Shown in pieces: positions 30,035 to 40,054 of a stretch of 64,000 nt of DNA. Each line of letters begins with the position of its first letter. Position 1 is the stretch's first letter. The notes under the pieces were generated by a model. It was given only the letters and a program-made list of their open reading frames with translations, did no database searches and was not told where the DNA came from. Both the position numbers and the translations under genes were made by a program. This DNA is from Bdellovibrionales bacterium. GTDB lineage: Bacteria; Bdellovibrionota; Bdellovibrionia; Bdellovibrionales; UBA1609. Where the stretch lies: contig OZ241329.1 in NCBI GenBank assembly GCA_965199825.1, positions 864,001 to 928,000 of the forward strand, written 5' to 3'.

Positions 30035-31387
30035 TCAAACAATGTGTCCGACTAGATCATAGTCGTGAGCTTCGGTAATTTTCACTCGAACAATTTCGCC
30101 CACTCGTGCAACGCCGTCGTTAATCAATGTCACTCCATCGATCTCGGGAGCTTGCCAGGAGTTGCGGCCTTGAAGCAGCAAATCGGTTTCTTCGGATTTT
30201 CCTTCAACCAAAACCGGAATCGTTTTTCCGATCATTAATTTTTGCCGCGCTCGCGAAATTTTCTTTTGGGCCAGCATCAATGTGTCGTGGCGACGTTGCT
30301 TGATCTCTTCAGAGATCTGGTTGGGCATGGTTCCCGCTTTAGTATTGTCTTCGGGTGAATATTGAAAGCAACCCACACGATCAAATTTTTGGGTTTTTAC
30401 AAAATCCAAAAGTTCCTCAAACTGCTCTTCGGTTTCGCCAGGAAAGCCCACAATAAATTGGGTGCGAATCACCGCTTCAGGAATTTCTTGGCGAATCAAT
30501 CGAACCGCATTTTCGATTTCAGCACGGGTCATGCGACGATTCATATTTTTTAAAACCTGATTGTTGATATGCTGAAGGGGCATATCGAAATATTTAACCA
30601 AGTTTTGTTTTTCTTTGATGAGCTGAATAATTTCGGGAGTGATGCCATCGGGATAAAGATAAAGCACCCGAATCCACTGCGCTCCAGATTCTTCCGACAA
30701 TCGTTTTAAAATTTCAAAAGAGGATTCTTTGGCGGCGCTATCTTTTTTACGCAAGTCCCATCCGTAGTCGGTAAAATCATGGCTCACCACAATCAGCTCT
30801 TGAGTTCCACCTGCCACCAAAAGTTTTGCTTCTGAAACAACCGCATTGAGAGTCCGACTTTGCAGATTGCCTCGAATCAGTGGGATCGCACAAAAAGCGC
30901 AACGCTTTTTACATCCCTCAGAAATTTTAAGATAGGCACTGTGGCGTGGACCAGAGAGAATTCGGGGCGTATCGATTTCTTGCAAATAGGTGGGTAAATT
31001 AAAAAACTTTTTATTGAGCGAGCCCTGTTTGCGGTCACGCAAAATTTTGGCCAGATTTTGAAATTCACCAGACCCCACAAAAAGATCGGCCTCGGGCAAT
31101 CCATCAACCAAATCATCTTTGTATCTTTGGGTTAAGCAACCCGCCACAACCAGATTTTTTAATTTTCCATTGGCCTTGAGCTCAGCCATTTCCAAAATTG
31201 TATCCACCGATTCTTTTTTGCTTGCCTCAATAAACCCGCAGGTATTGACCACGATGGTGTCTGCAGCTTTTGAGTCATCGACGATCTCGTAGCCATCTTG
31301 AACCAGAGAACCCAGCATCATCTCGGTATCAACCCGGTTTTTGGGACAGCCTAAAGAAATAAAATGTACTTTTTTAGTTTCTAACAT
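30035..31387 (-). CDS. rimO: Ribosomal protein S12 methylthiotransferase
   Basis: SLGCPKNRVD, NTCGFI, CKKRCAFC, APEIDG. Confidence 0.96.
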   Translation of the reverse strand: MLETKKVHFISLGCPKNRVDTEMMLGSLVQDGYEIVDDSKAADTIVVNTCGFIEASKKESVDTILEMAELKANGKLKNLVVAGCLTQRYKDDLVDGLPEADLFVGSGEFQNLAKILRDRKQGSLNKKFFNLPTYLQEIDTPRILSGPRHSAYLKISEGCKKRCAFCAIPLIRGNLQSRTLNAVVSEAKLLVAGGTQELIVVSHDFTDYGWDLRKKDSAAKESSFEILKRLSEESGAQWIRVLYLYPDGITPEIIQLIKEKQNLVKYFDMPLQHINNQVLKNMNRRMTRAEIENAVRLIRQEIPEAVIRTQFIVGFPGETEEQFEELLDFVKTQKFDRVGCFQYSPEDNTKAGTMPNQISEEIKQRRHDTLMLAQKKISRARQKLMIGKTIPVLVEGKSEETDLLLQGRNSWQAPEIDGVTLINDGVARVGEIVRVKITEAHDYDLVGHIV

Positions 31388-32008
31388 TTAAAAAACCGTA
31401 ACTTCTGCTTTTTTGGGAAGCGTAAAATGTAACTTTTCTGGACTGATCGAAGATTTGTAGTCTGTGTTTTTAAAGATATATTTTATTTGGTTATGAAGAC
31501 TATCGCTGTACTTCACACTGATCAGTTCAACATCATCAATCGTAATCAAAAGATTTTCGAAGTCGACACCGTTTAAGTTTTTTGGATTCAATTCAAAAAT
31601 TCTGCGGTTTTCGTCAATTCGAACCGACATCACTTTGAGTTGATCAAGAGCTTTGGCATCACCCAAAAGAGTCGCCAAAATACTATTTGATCTTTTTAAA
31701 CTTGGCGCATTGGTTTTTAAAACGTTCCACATGTCTTCGAATCGAGTGGCGAGCCACAAAGTTTTGCCGTCAAAAACCACCGTGGTGTTTTCATCGTCTT
31801 TTAGATCTAAACGAAATTTATTTTTAGAAAAGTAGAGCATGCCAGAGACCGATTTTTTTTCATTCAGTAAAGGCATCTCGGTTTGTTTTTCGATCTCAGA
31901 AGTGACCCCTTTGGCTTTTTGAAATCGGCCAAGCACCGCTTTTAAAGGAGATTTACTTTCGATTGCAAAAACCGAAGCAGATAAAAACAAACAGATAAAA
32001 AAAGGCAT
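31388..32008 (-). CDS. lolA: LolA-like outer-membrane lipoprotein carrier
   Basis: Signal peptide, G.LYFSKNKFRL, VFDGKTLW, F.LPK; start taken at MPFFICL. Confidence 0.75.
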   Translation of the reverse strand: MPFFICLFLSASVFAIESKSPLKAVLGRFQKAKGVTSEIEKQTEMPLLNEKKSVSGMLYFSKNKFRLDLKDDENTTVVFDGKTLWLATRFEDMWNVLKTNAPSLKRSNSILATLLGDAKALDQLKVMSVRIDENRRIFELNPKNLNGVDFENLLITIDDVELISVKYSDSLHNQIKYIFKNTDYKSSISPEKLHFTLPKKAEVTVF

Positions 32009-32036
32009 GGCGCAAGGTAACAAAACTTGCCCCAAC

Positions 32037-32630
32037 TCACAAGAGCGACCTCCGGGCGATTGTCCAAACTTCAAAGCAAGCTGGACTATTGAGGGCATAA
32101 AATGCAGCCTGCGCGGTTGCGCCACTTGTGATGACATCATCAATAAAGATCACTCTTGGCTCCTGAGCCTGAAATTTTTTAAACTCAAAAGGATTTGGTT
32201 TCAGTTTTAAACGCAGCCGGTCTTGGCGCGATTTTGTTTTTTGCACGCTTGAGCTTTGTTTTTCAAGCAGCGGCCAAATCGCAATCCCAGTCACACCCGC
32301 CACCGCGTGAGCAAAGGTAAAGGCATGGTCAAGAGTGGCCGCAGGGGCCGGTATCAAAACAGCTTCTTGCGGTAAAAATGGCCCAAATTTTAAAAACTCA
32401 AGTGCGAAGCGTTCGAACATTGAAGTTTGGGCTCCACCTTTCAACTTGGATATCAAATACCTCAAGGGCTGATCGTTTTTTTTATTCCAATCAAAAAGGC
32501 TATAAACAGGAACTATGTAGTCAAAACACTCACGCTGCTCGAACGGCAACATGGACTGACAAATCAAATCTTGGCAAACTTGGCAGCGGTAAGCACCGCA
32601 AAGGAAACAAAAGGGCATATCCTCATGCAA
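32037..32630 (-). CDS. comF: ComF family protein (Zn ribbon + phosphoribosyltransferase-like domain)
   Basis: CFLC..CQVC, Q...SR.DR, FIDDVITSGAT. Confidence 0.82.
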   Translation of the reverse strand: MHEDMPFCFLCGAYRCQVCQDLICQSMLPFEQRECFDYIVPVYSLFDWNKKNDQPLRYLISKLKGGAQTSMFERFALEFLKFGPFLPQEAVLIPAPAATLDHAFTFAHAVAGVTGIAIWPLLEKQSSSVQKTKSRQDRLRLKLKPNPFEFKKFQAQEPRVIFIDDVITSGATAQAAFYALNSPACFEVWTIARRSLL

Positions 32631-32677
32631 TCCTCGAGATTTCTATTTTGAGGGAAAGGACTTGAGCTCGCACTCGT

Positions 32678-33163
32678 TCAACCGGCGGAACCCGCATTGT
32701 GATAGGGCAGATTTTTAAGAATGGTAAACCCGCGATAAATTTGCTCAAGCGCAACCGCTACAGCAATCTGATGACTCATTGTTAAGTTGGAAAGCCTAAG
32801 GCTTGCATCAGCCCTTTGGCGCAACAGTGCACCAAAGCCATAGGGCCCACCGATCAAAAAAACCAAACGTGATTTTCCGCTCTCTAAATATGAATTTAAT
32901 TTTTTGGCAAACTGCTCGGAATTTTTAAGGTCTTGGCCCGTTTCATCAAATAAAATGACATAGTCTTTGAGGCTGATCTTTTTTAAAAAAGCGGTGTCAG
33001 ATTTTACGACCGCCTGTTGAGCTTGATCACGCTCACCCGCCTCGACCTTTAAACTTTCGATTATAAAAGGCGAAAACGGGTTGATCTTTTTTTGATAGGT
33101 TTGTTTAAGCTCCTCAAGCCAGCCCGATTTTTTGGTTTGAGCTGTGAGGACAACAATCTTCAA
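32678..33163 (-). CDS. rlmH: 23S rRNA pseudouridine1915 N3-methyltransferase
   Basis: FLIGGPYG, LS.LTMSH, EQIYRGFTI...PYH. Confidence 0.95.
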   Translation of the reverse strand: MKIVVLTAQTKKSGWLEELKQTYQKKINPFSPFIIESLKVEAGERDQAQQAVVKSDTAFLKKISLKDYVILFDETGQDLKNSEQFAKKLNSYLESGKSRLVFLIGGPYGFGALLRQRADASLRLSNLTMSHQIAVAVALEQIYRGFTILKNLPYHNAGSAG

Positions 33164-34203
33164 TTGAGTTTGCCTGTGATCTTTGGCAGCGGCAGCTCCT
33201 CAGCATCGCGCCAGAGCTGTTCGAGACGATATTCATTTCGCACGTAATCGTAAAATAAATGAACAATGAGTGAACCATAATCGATCACCACCCAGCGTCC
33301 CTCTTTTTGTCCCTCTACACTTTGTGGCCAAACTCCGTACTGATCTTTGACCGCCTTCATCACCGATTCGGCAAGGCTCTGGGTTTGACGAGTGCTCGTA
33401 CCCGAACACACCACCGTAAATTCGGAGGGCTGTTGGAGGGAACGTAAATCATAAGCCAAAACTTGGATGCCATTTTTTTCTTTTAAAATTTGGCTACAAA
33501 AGATGGTGAATTTTTCGAAGTCGCCAATGCGAGCACCAAGAGATTCGTACAGCCCTTGAGAACGAATAAATTTCTCAACAGATTCAGAAATCAAATCGGC
33601 AACCGCTTCTTTCGCTCGAAAACGCCTTCGAATTTCGGTAGCCGAAACATCAACATCTTTCAGTTGAATAAACGAAAGCGTTTTTCCGCTCGTAAACTCT
33701 CCTTTTTTGGCACGAAAAGTTTCAACCAATTTTTGTATTGCTACTGGAAAATCTTTTTTGCTTTTGATCAATGTCGAGTTCGGGCGTGAGGTCACAACCA
33801 CATTCACTTTTTTGATGATATCTTGAAAATTACGCCAGCGATCAAAACTTTCGAATTGATCAGATCCAATCACCAAATAAAATTCAGCAGACTTATTGCG
33901 TTTTTGGAGCTCATTCAAAGTTTCAATGGTAAAGCTCGTGCCTTTTTTATCGACTTCAAAACTCTCAACTTGAACCCGCTCATCGAGTTCTTGTGTTGCA
34001 GCCATCACCATTTCAAGGCGCTGCTCGGGAGTTGGCCCCTCGATCACGGGACGATGCGGACTTTGATAAGTGGGCACGATCAAAAACTGATCAAACTTCA
34101 TTTTGTCCAAAACAGTTTTTATTGAGTTCAAATGTCCATTGTGAAATGGATCAAACGTCCCGCCAAAAATTCCTATTTTAAGATTCTTTTTGGCTGCCCG
34201 CAC
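33160..34203 (-). CDS. nadD: NadD (nicotinate-nucleotide adenylyltransferase)-RsfS (ribosome silencing factor) fusion; start uncertain (GTG 34203 or 34272)
   Basis: GIFGGTFDPFHNGH, IGSD, VSATEIR followed in frame by EK....I..YDL..TVVCSG.S.RQ..W.VIDYG.LIVHLF..R..YRLEQLW. Confidence 0.9.
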   Translation of the reverse strand: MRAAKKNLKIGIFGGTFDPFHNGHLNSIKTVLDKMKFDQFLIVPTYQSPHRPVIEGPTPEQRLEMVMAATQELDERVQVESFEVDKKGTSFTIETLNELQKRNKSAEFYLVIGSDQFESFDRWRNFQDIIKKVNVVVTSRPNSTLIKSKKDFPVAIQKLVETFRAKKGEFTSGKTLSFIQLKDVDVSATEIRRRFRAKEAVADLISESVEKFIRSQGLYESLGARIGDFEKFTIFCSQILKEKNGIQVLAYDLRSLQQPSEFTVVCSGTSTRQTQSLAESVMKAVKDQYGVWPQSVEGQKEGRWVVIDYGSLIVHLFYDYVRNEYRLEQLWRDAEELPLPKITGKLN

Positions 34204-35230
34204 TGGCTTTTTGGGCGAAGACTTTTTTGCTGATTTCAAAAGTAAGCTCCTTAATATTTTTTCCTGTGGCACACGAGATTAAAAAAGGATTAACCCCTTT
34301 TTTGATAAATTTCTTTTTCACTTTTTCTAAATCTTTGGCCTCGGAGGAATCAATTTTATTGAGGACAACGATTTGTTGGCGCGAATTTAGGGCAACATAA
34401 CCCTCTTCACCACTCTTTTGTTTGTCGTGAAGCTGAAGTTCCAAATTGATTTGCTCATAGGCTTCGAGTGGATCGAGCTGGGCCATTGAGCTCGCATCAA
34501 TCAGATGCACAAACAAAGATGTGCGCTCGATATGACGCAAAAACTGAGTTCCAAGACCAACACCAAGATGAGCGCCCACCACCAAACCTGGAATGTCGGC
34601 AACCACAAAACTTTGGGCATCTTCAAGTTGGACCACACCCAAATTCGGAATCAATGTTGTAAATGGGTAGTCGGCAATTTTAGGTTTGGCCGCCGAGATG
34701 CGAGAAATAAACGTCGATTTGCCCGCGTTTGGAAATCCAATGATTCCCACGTCCGCAATCAGTTTGAGTTCTAAATGTACATCTTGGGTTTTGCCGGGCA
34801 TTCCCTTTTGGGCAACCGATGGCGCTTGATTGACACTCGTTTTATAAAACGTGTTGCCCTTACCACCAATGCCGCCTTTGAGCAGAATCACACTCTGGCC
34901 AGGCTCACTCAAGTCGGCCAATACCATTCCTTCATCATCTTTGACGATGGTGCCCACAGGTACTCGCATGATCATATCTTCGCCCGCAGAACCCGACGAA
35001 TTGGCTTTTGAACCGGGATCGCCATGAGGAGCTTGATATGTTTTTTTGAATCTCAAATCGAGCAGCGATCCAAGCTGTGGATCCGCCCGAAAGACCACAT
35101 CTCCACCGCGACCCCCATCGCCACCATCAGGTCCACCCCGTGGGGTCATCGCTTCGTGCCTAAAGCTCACACACCCTGGCCCACCGTTGCCGGAGGAGAC
35201 AGTGATACGAACTTCATCAACAAATTTCAT
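34178..35230 (-). CDS. obgE: GTPase ObgE/CgtA
   Basis: MKFVDE, GGPDGGDGGRGG, GFPNAGKST, DIPG, NKID. Confidence 0.98.
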   Translation of the reverse strand: MKFVDEVRITVSSGNGGPGCVSFRHEAMTPRGGPDGGDGGRGGDVVFRADPQLGSLLDLRFKKTYQAPHGDPGSKANSSGSAGEDMIMRVPVGTIVKDDEGMVLADLSEPGQSVILLKGGIGGKGNTFYKTSVNQAPSVAQKGMPGKTQDVHLELKLIADVGIIGFPNAGKSTFISRISAAKPKIADYPFTTLIPNLGVVQLEDAQSFVVADIPGLVVGAHLGVGLGTQFLRHIERTSLFVHLIDASSMAQLDPLEAYEQINLELQLHDKQKSGEEGYVALNSRQQIVVLNKIDSSEAKDLEKVKKKFIKKGVNPFLISCATGKNIKELTFEISKKVFAQKASAGSQKES

Positions 35231-35247
35231 TTATTCCTCAGTTTATT

Positions 35248-35277
35248 AAAAAAAAAGGGCTTAAAAACAAGCCCTTT
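35248..35277 (-). terminator. Intrinsic terminator between rpmA and obgE
   Basis: Minus strand AAAGGGCTT-GTTTTT-AAGCCCTTT followed by a T run. Confidence 0.8.
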
Positions 35278-35306
35278 AGAAATTCCATCTTTTTAAGAAA
35301 ATGGGT

Positions 35307-35576
35307 TTAAGCAGATTTACGATCTTGTGGATAAACACTGATACGAAAACGATGTTTATTGACGCGCTCAAATTTTACCGCGCCTTCGATCACAGAATAA
35401 ATTGTAAAATCACGACCTAATTTAACATTACGACCAACATGAAACTGGGTTCCACGTTGACGAACGATAATTGTGCCTGGCTTTACGGCTTCGCCACCAA
35501 AACGCTTCACACCCAATCGCTGACTGTGACTATCTCGACCGTTTCGGGTACTCCCCGCCGCTTTCTTTGATGCCAT
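35307..35576 (-). CDS. rpmA: 50S ribosomal protein L27
   Basis: [29 protein letters not shown]. Confidence 0.98.
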   Translation of the reverse strand: MASKKAAGSTRNGRDSHSQRLGVKRFGGEAVKPGTIIVRQRGTQFHVGRNVKLGRDFTIYSVIEGAVKFERVNKHRFRISVYPQDRKSA

Positions 35577-35586
35577 CTAAAAACTC

Positions 35587-36159
35587 CTACTTGCTCGATT
35601 TTTTCTTAACAGTTTTGCCAGCTGCTTTTTTGGCAACTTTTTTTGTGGCTTTCTTTTTGGTTGCGGCACCCGCAGCTTTTTTAGGAGCTGCTTTTTTAGC
35701 CGCTTTTTTCTTAACAGCTACCGGTTGAGTTTCAGTGGGTTGAGCGGCTTGCTTTTGATTTGCACGCCATGCTGCCAACTGCTCTTCACGCTGCTTTTTC
35801 TTTTCTGGATTGTACACTTTTGCCTGAGTTTCGGCCTCAACACTGCCGTCGGCGGTGTAAATACCTTTAACAAAAACTTCGGTATAAAGTTGTCGGTGAC
35901 CTTGCATTTTGCGATAGCCTTGACGACGCTTTTTCTTAAAAACAATCAACTTGGGGGCTTTATCCTGGCGTGTGACAACAACGGTGACCTTCGCATTTTT
36001 CACGGTTGGCTCTCCCACATGAGTCTTGTCGCCGCCCACCATTAGGACGTCGGTCAAATGAAGTTCAGATCCAGGCTCAGCTTGCAGCTTTTCAACACGC
36101 ACGGTGTCGCCCACTTCTACCCGATATTGCTTTCCACCTGTGCGAATAACTGCATACAT
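35587..36159 (-). CDS. rplU: 50S ribosomal protein L21 with a long Lys/Ala-rich C-terminal tail
   Basis: MYAVIRTGGKQYRV, FKKKRRQGY..GHRQ; GGAGG SD. Confidence 0.97.
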   Translation of the reverse strand: MYAVIRTGGKQYRVEVGDTVRVEKLQAEPGSELHLTDVLMVGGDKTHVGEPTVKNAKVTVVVTRQDKAPKLIVFKKKRRQGYRKMQGHRQLYTEVFVKGIYTADGSVEAETQAKVYNPEKKKQREEQLAAWRANQKQAAQPTETQPVAVKKKAAKKAAPKKAAGAATKKKATKKVAKKAAGKTVKKKSSK

Positions 36160-36210
36160 TCTAGTTCGACCTCCAAAAGTGTTTGTAAGTGCCACGCAGC
36201 GGTTCTTGTG

Positions 36211-37722
36211 TCAAGGACGACCACTGATTTCATATTGCTCAATATGAAAACTGGGCTCAATTTTAAATCCAACCGAGCGGTTTAGTTTTTTCTCTACATC
36301 TTCAAGAGCCTCGGCCTCTTCGGCATAAATCCAATCGGCAAGATCTTGGTGACAGCAAACCACCACAGGCTCGGTTGAATTTGAGTTTGAGTGCTCCCGT
36401 TCAAGCTCGGCAAAAATTTCGTTAGCCACGGTGGATTTGCGCCGCACATAGCCCTTGCCATCGCAATAGGGACAAGGCTCACAGAGGGTTGAGACCAAAG
36501 AGGGTCTAATTCTTTTGCGAGTCATTTCGACAAGTCCCAATTCGGACATTGATGTAATTGTTGTGCGAGCCAAGTCTTTTTGGAGTTCTTGAGTAAAGAG
36601 ATTCATCACCTGTTCGCGGTGATACATTTTTTCCATATCGATAAAATCAATGATGATAATTCCGCCGCAATTTCGGATGCGCAATTGATGGGCAACTTCT
36701 TTTACCGCTTCAAGATTTGTCTTTAATATTGTTTCTTCAAGGTCGCGCTTTCCCACATAGCGGCCGGTGTTGACGTCGACCACCACGAGGGCCTCGGCTT
36801 CATCAATCACGATGTAGCCCCCGCTCTTGAGCCAAATTTTCCTATCGAGTGAGCGCGAAATTTCGAGCTCGATATCGTAAAGATCAAACAGAGGGCGCGA
36901 ATCCGTGTAGAGCTCCAAGCGACTTTTGCTCTTGGGCATAAATTGGGTGACAAAGGCTTGGATTTTTCGAAAGGATTTTGCGTCATCGACCACCACGCGC
37001 TCGACACGTTCGCTTAAAAGATCGCGCAGGGCTCTCAACTCCACATCCATTTCGGAATGGATGAGCCCCGAGGTTTTTCTTTTTTCGTAGCCCTTTTCGA
37101 TCTCTTTCCAAAGACGATTGAGATACTCAAGATCGGCCTGCAAAGATTCCTTTGAAGCACCTTCACCCGCGGTGCGAACGATCACACCACCTTTGGGTTT
37201 TAATTCTTCGACTAGGGTTTTGAGCCTCACCTTTTCGTTTTCGTCTTCAATCCGACGAGACACTCCAAGATTTACTAAGGTGGGCATGTAGACAATGTTT
37301 CTGCCAGGGAGAGAAATATGGGTGGTGATTCGAGCGCCCTTGGTGCCAAGCGGATCTTTTGCCACTTGCACCATGAGGATTTGGCCTTCATGAAGTAAAT
37401 CTTGGATCGGAACGCGCTGGTCCTCGATCACCGCTTCTTCTTGTGGCGGCTCTTCTTCTTGTTCCATAAATAAGTTTTTTTCGGAATCAACAAGATCCGC
37501 ACGCACATCGCCGACATAAAGAAAGGCCGCGCGATCAAGCCCAATGTCGACAAAGGCGGCTTGCATGCCCGGAAGAACTCTCGACACACGACCTTTGTAG
37601 ATCGATCCCACCAAGGTCGGTGAGGTTTTGCGCTCAATTTTTAGATCACTCAACGTGCGATCCTCGACGTAAGCCACGCGAGTTTGGTTGGAGCGCACAT
37701 TTATCAGGATCTCTGTGGACAT
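36211..37722 (-). CDS. rng: Ribonuclease G (Rne/Rng family)
   Basis: VLPGMQAAFVDIG, DVNTG, GGIIIIDFIDM, CPYCDG. Confidence 0.95.
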   Translation of the reverse strand: MSTEILINVRSNQTRVAYVEDRTLSDLKIERKTSPTLVGSIYKGRVSRVLPGMQAAFVDIGLDRAAFLYVGDVRADLVDSEKNLFMEQEEEPPQEEAVIEDQRVPIQDLLHEGQILMVQVAKDPLGTKGARITTHISLPGRNIVYMPTLVNLGVSRRIEDENEKVRLKTLVEELKPKGGVIVRTAGEGASKESLQADLEYLNRLWKEIEKGYEKRKTSGLIHSEMDVELRALRDLLSERVERVVVDDAKSFRKIQAFVTQFMPKSKSRLELYTDSRPLFDLYDIELEISRSLDRKIWLKSGGYIVIDEAEALVVVDVNTGRYVGKRDLEETILKTNLEAVKEVAHQLRIRNCGGIIIIDFIDMEKMYHREQVMNLFTQELQKDLARTTITSMSELGLVEMTRKRIRPSLVSTLCEPCPYCDGKGYVRRKSTVANEIFAELEREHSNSNSTEPVVVCCHQDLADWIYAEEAEALEDVEKKLNRSVGFKIEPSFHIEQYEISGRP

Positions 37723-37797
37723 AGTCTGAACAATAGCAAGCGGATCGGCCTGATGTCGAGCTATTGAATCCTTTCAGGTCTGCCGATAGAGCCTTTG

Positions 37798-38964
37798 ATG
37801 GCTGAAATAGATAAGCTTTTTACAATTCAAGTGGCCGAGGGCGCATCCGATCTTCACCTTTCAGCAGGCTCACCGCCTTCGCTGCGACTTCATGGTGAGA
37901 TGCACCGATTGTCCCATCCCTCACTGACAAATGAAAATGTTCAAGCTCTCGTGTTTGAAATCTTAACCGAAAAACAAAAGCGGTTGTTTGTTGAAAACTG
38001 GGAACTCGATTGCAGCTACCAACTTCCTGGTGTTGGCCGATTTCGTTGCAATGTGTTTATGCAACGACGTGGACTGGGCGCGGTCTTCCGAGTGATTCCT
38101 GAAAAAATTAAGAGTGCGAGTGAATTGGGTTTGCCACCCGGCCTTATGGATTTGATCAATGTTCCACGTGGAATGGTTTTGGTTACAGGCCCAACAGGTT
38201 CTGGAAAATCGACCACACTTGCGGCTTTGTTGCACACCATAAATCTTGAGCGCAAAGAACATATTATCACCATCGAAGATCCGATTGAATTTGTGCACGA
38301 AAATAATCAGTGCTTAATCAATCAACGTGAAGTTTCGAGTCACACAAAATCTTTTGCTAATGCGCTCAAAGCCGCACTTCGCGAAGATCCAGATATTATT
38401 TTGGTGGGCGAGATGCGAGATCTTGAAACGATTCATCTCGCAATGACAGCCGCCGAAACAGGGCATTTGGTTTTTGGAACACTCCATACAAACTCTGCTG
38501 CTAAAACGGTAGATCGAATTATCGATGTTTTTCCAGAAGCTCAACAGGCACAAATTCGTGTGATGTTGGCCGAGAGCCTTCGTGGTGTGGTCGCACAAAC
38601 TTTGTTTGCTCGTGAAGACAAACCGGGTCGTGTGGCGGCATTAGAAGTTCTTGTCAACACTCCTGCAGTTGGCAATTTGATTCGCGAGGGTAAAACCTTT
38701 CAGATCCCATCGGCGATGCAAACGGGTGCGGATAGCGGAATGCTGACCTTTGAAACTTCGGTTTCAAAATTGGCGCGTGAAGGTAAAATCAGTCAGGCCA
38801 CTTGCGATAACTTTTTAGGCCGCAAGAAAAAGATCACCGAGAACGTTGAGCCTTTAGCTCGGCCGGTGGACTCATCGATTCGAATCACATCGACCGAATC
38901 CTCCGCTGCCGACATCGGAAAAAATCTGCTCAATAATTTGGGATTCAAAAAGAAATCAGGTTAA
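37798..38964 (+). CDS. pilT: Type IV pilus retraction ATPase PilT family
   Basis: ASDLHL, GPTGSGKSTT, TIEDPIE, ALREDPD, GEMRD, TLHT. Confidence 0.93.
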   Translation: MAEIDKLFTIQVAEGASDLHLSAGSPPSLRLHGEMHRLSHPSLTNENVQALVFEILTEKQKRLFVENWELDCSYQLPGVGRFRCNVFMQRRGLGAVFRVIPEKIKSASELGLPPGLMDLINVPRGMVLVTGPTGSGKSTTLAALLHTINLERKEHIITIEDPIEFVHENNQCLINQREVSSHTKSFANALKAALREDPDIILVGEMRDLETIHLAMTAAETGHLVFGTLHTNSAAKTVDRIIDVFPEAQQAQIRVMLAESLRGVVAQTLFAREDKPGRVAALEVLVNTPAVGNLIREGKTFQIPSAMQTGADSGMLTFETSVSKLAREGKISQATCDNFLGRKKKITENVEPLARPVDSSIRITSTESSAADIGKNLLNNLGFKKKSG

Positions 38965-39216
38965 AATTCGAAAGTCATCATAGACTTGGTCTGTGGTGAT
39001 TTCGTTCACAGTGATGGCCTTAACGTCTCCAGGCCCACTCTTCAATTTTTCGATTTTTTCTTGAGCATTTGCGCCAATAAACAAAGCTTCAACCTCACCG
39101 CTTGGCAGGTTGCGAACAAATCCTTTTATATCCTTCGCAATACTTAAAACATAACGACGAAATCCCACGCCTTGAACTCGGCCGTGCACGATGACATGTA
39201 ACGCTGTTGATGGCAT
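38956..39216 (-). CDS. acyP: Acylphosphatase
   Basis: VHGRVQGVGFR, GFVRNL..G.VE. Confidence 0.92.
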   Translation of the reverse strand: MPSTALHVIVHGRVQGVGFRRYVLSIAKDIKGFVRNLPSGEVEALFIGANAQEKIEKLKSGPGDVKAITVNEITTDQVYDDFRILT

Positions 39217-39225
39217 GCTTGATCA

Positions 39226-39873
39226 ATGACACAAAAATCTGAGCTTGCAAGAGCAATCGATCACACGAATTTAAAACCTCTAAGCGGTGTTGAAGATATC
39301 AACCTCCTGGTGCGCGAGGCGCTTCAGTTGGGAGTGTTTTCGGTCTGTGTGGCTTCGCGCTATGTGGAGCAATGTGCTGCGGCTTTGCGTGGCAGCGACA
39401 CCTGCGTGTGCGCGGTGGTGGGATTTCCGCTGGGCCATCAAAGTTCTGAAATCAAAGCCTTTGAAACCGAGTGGTGTGTGGGGAAAGGTGCGACCGAAAT
39501 TGATATGGTTTTGGATCTTGCCGCAATTAAAGGGCGTGCTGTTTCGCTGATCGAGAAAGATATTTCGGCAGTGGTGCGCGCAGCGCGCGGGCATGTTGTG
39601 AAAGTGATTATTGAAACTTGTTTGCTGACTGATGATGAAAAATGTTTTGTGGTTCCATTGATCGAAAAATGTGGTGCGCAGTTTGTTAAAACTTCTACCG
39701 GATTTTCTGATCACGGCGCTGTGTTGGAAGATGTGCGTTTGTTTAAATCTTTGAGGCCTTCGCTTTTGATTAAGGCCAGTGGCGGTATTCGCGAGCGTTC
39801 GGTGGCGCTTGATTTTATTGCGGCGGGTGCGAGTCGGATTGGGACTTCGAATGCGGTGGGGATTTTGGGTTGA
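39226..39873 (+). CDS. deoC: Deoxyribose-phosphate aldolase
   Basis: IDHT.LKP, VVGFPLG, EIDMV, KVIIET, FVKTSTGF, KASGGIR, RIGTS. Confidence 0.96.
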   Translation: MTQKSELARAIDHTNLKPLSGVEDINLLVREALQLGVFSVCVASRYVEQCAAALRGSDTCVCAVVGFPLGHQSSEIKAFETEWCVGKGATEIDMVLDLAAIKGRAVSLIEKDISAVVRAARGHVVKVIIETCLLTDDEKCFVVPLIEKCGAQFVKTSTGFSDHGAVLEDVRLFKSLRPSLLIKASGGIRERSVALDFIAAGASRIGTSNAVGILG

Positions 39874-39877
39874 GGGT

Positions 39878-40054
39878 TGGGTTTGTCGTGCCCGCTTTGT
39901 TTTTGGGATTGTTCATTGCTTGAGTGGTTTTGGTTCTGGGATTCATATCTGTTCGGTGGGATTGTGGTGCCCGTTTTTTGTTTTTGGGATTGCTCGTTGC
40001 TTGAGTGGTTTTGGTTCTGGGATAATATCTGTGCGGTGGGATTGTCGTGCCCGC
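39878..40054 (+). repeat. Tandem repeat, ~79-80 bp unit, ~2.2 copies, anchored on TGGGWTTGTSGTGCCCG
   Basis: GTGCCCG cores at 39888, 39967 and 40047; the intervening TTTTTGGGATTG..GCTTGAGTGGTTTTGGTTCTGGGAT..TATCTGT.CGG block is repeated. Confidence 0.92.

Noticed and set aside
39878..40054. Possible mini-CRISPR array upstream of the HNH gene
   Set aside because: The sequences between the motif copies are near-identical to each other (a tandem duplication, not unique spacers), there are only about 2.2 units, and no cas genes are present.
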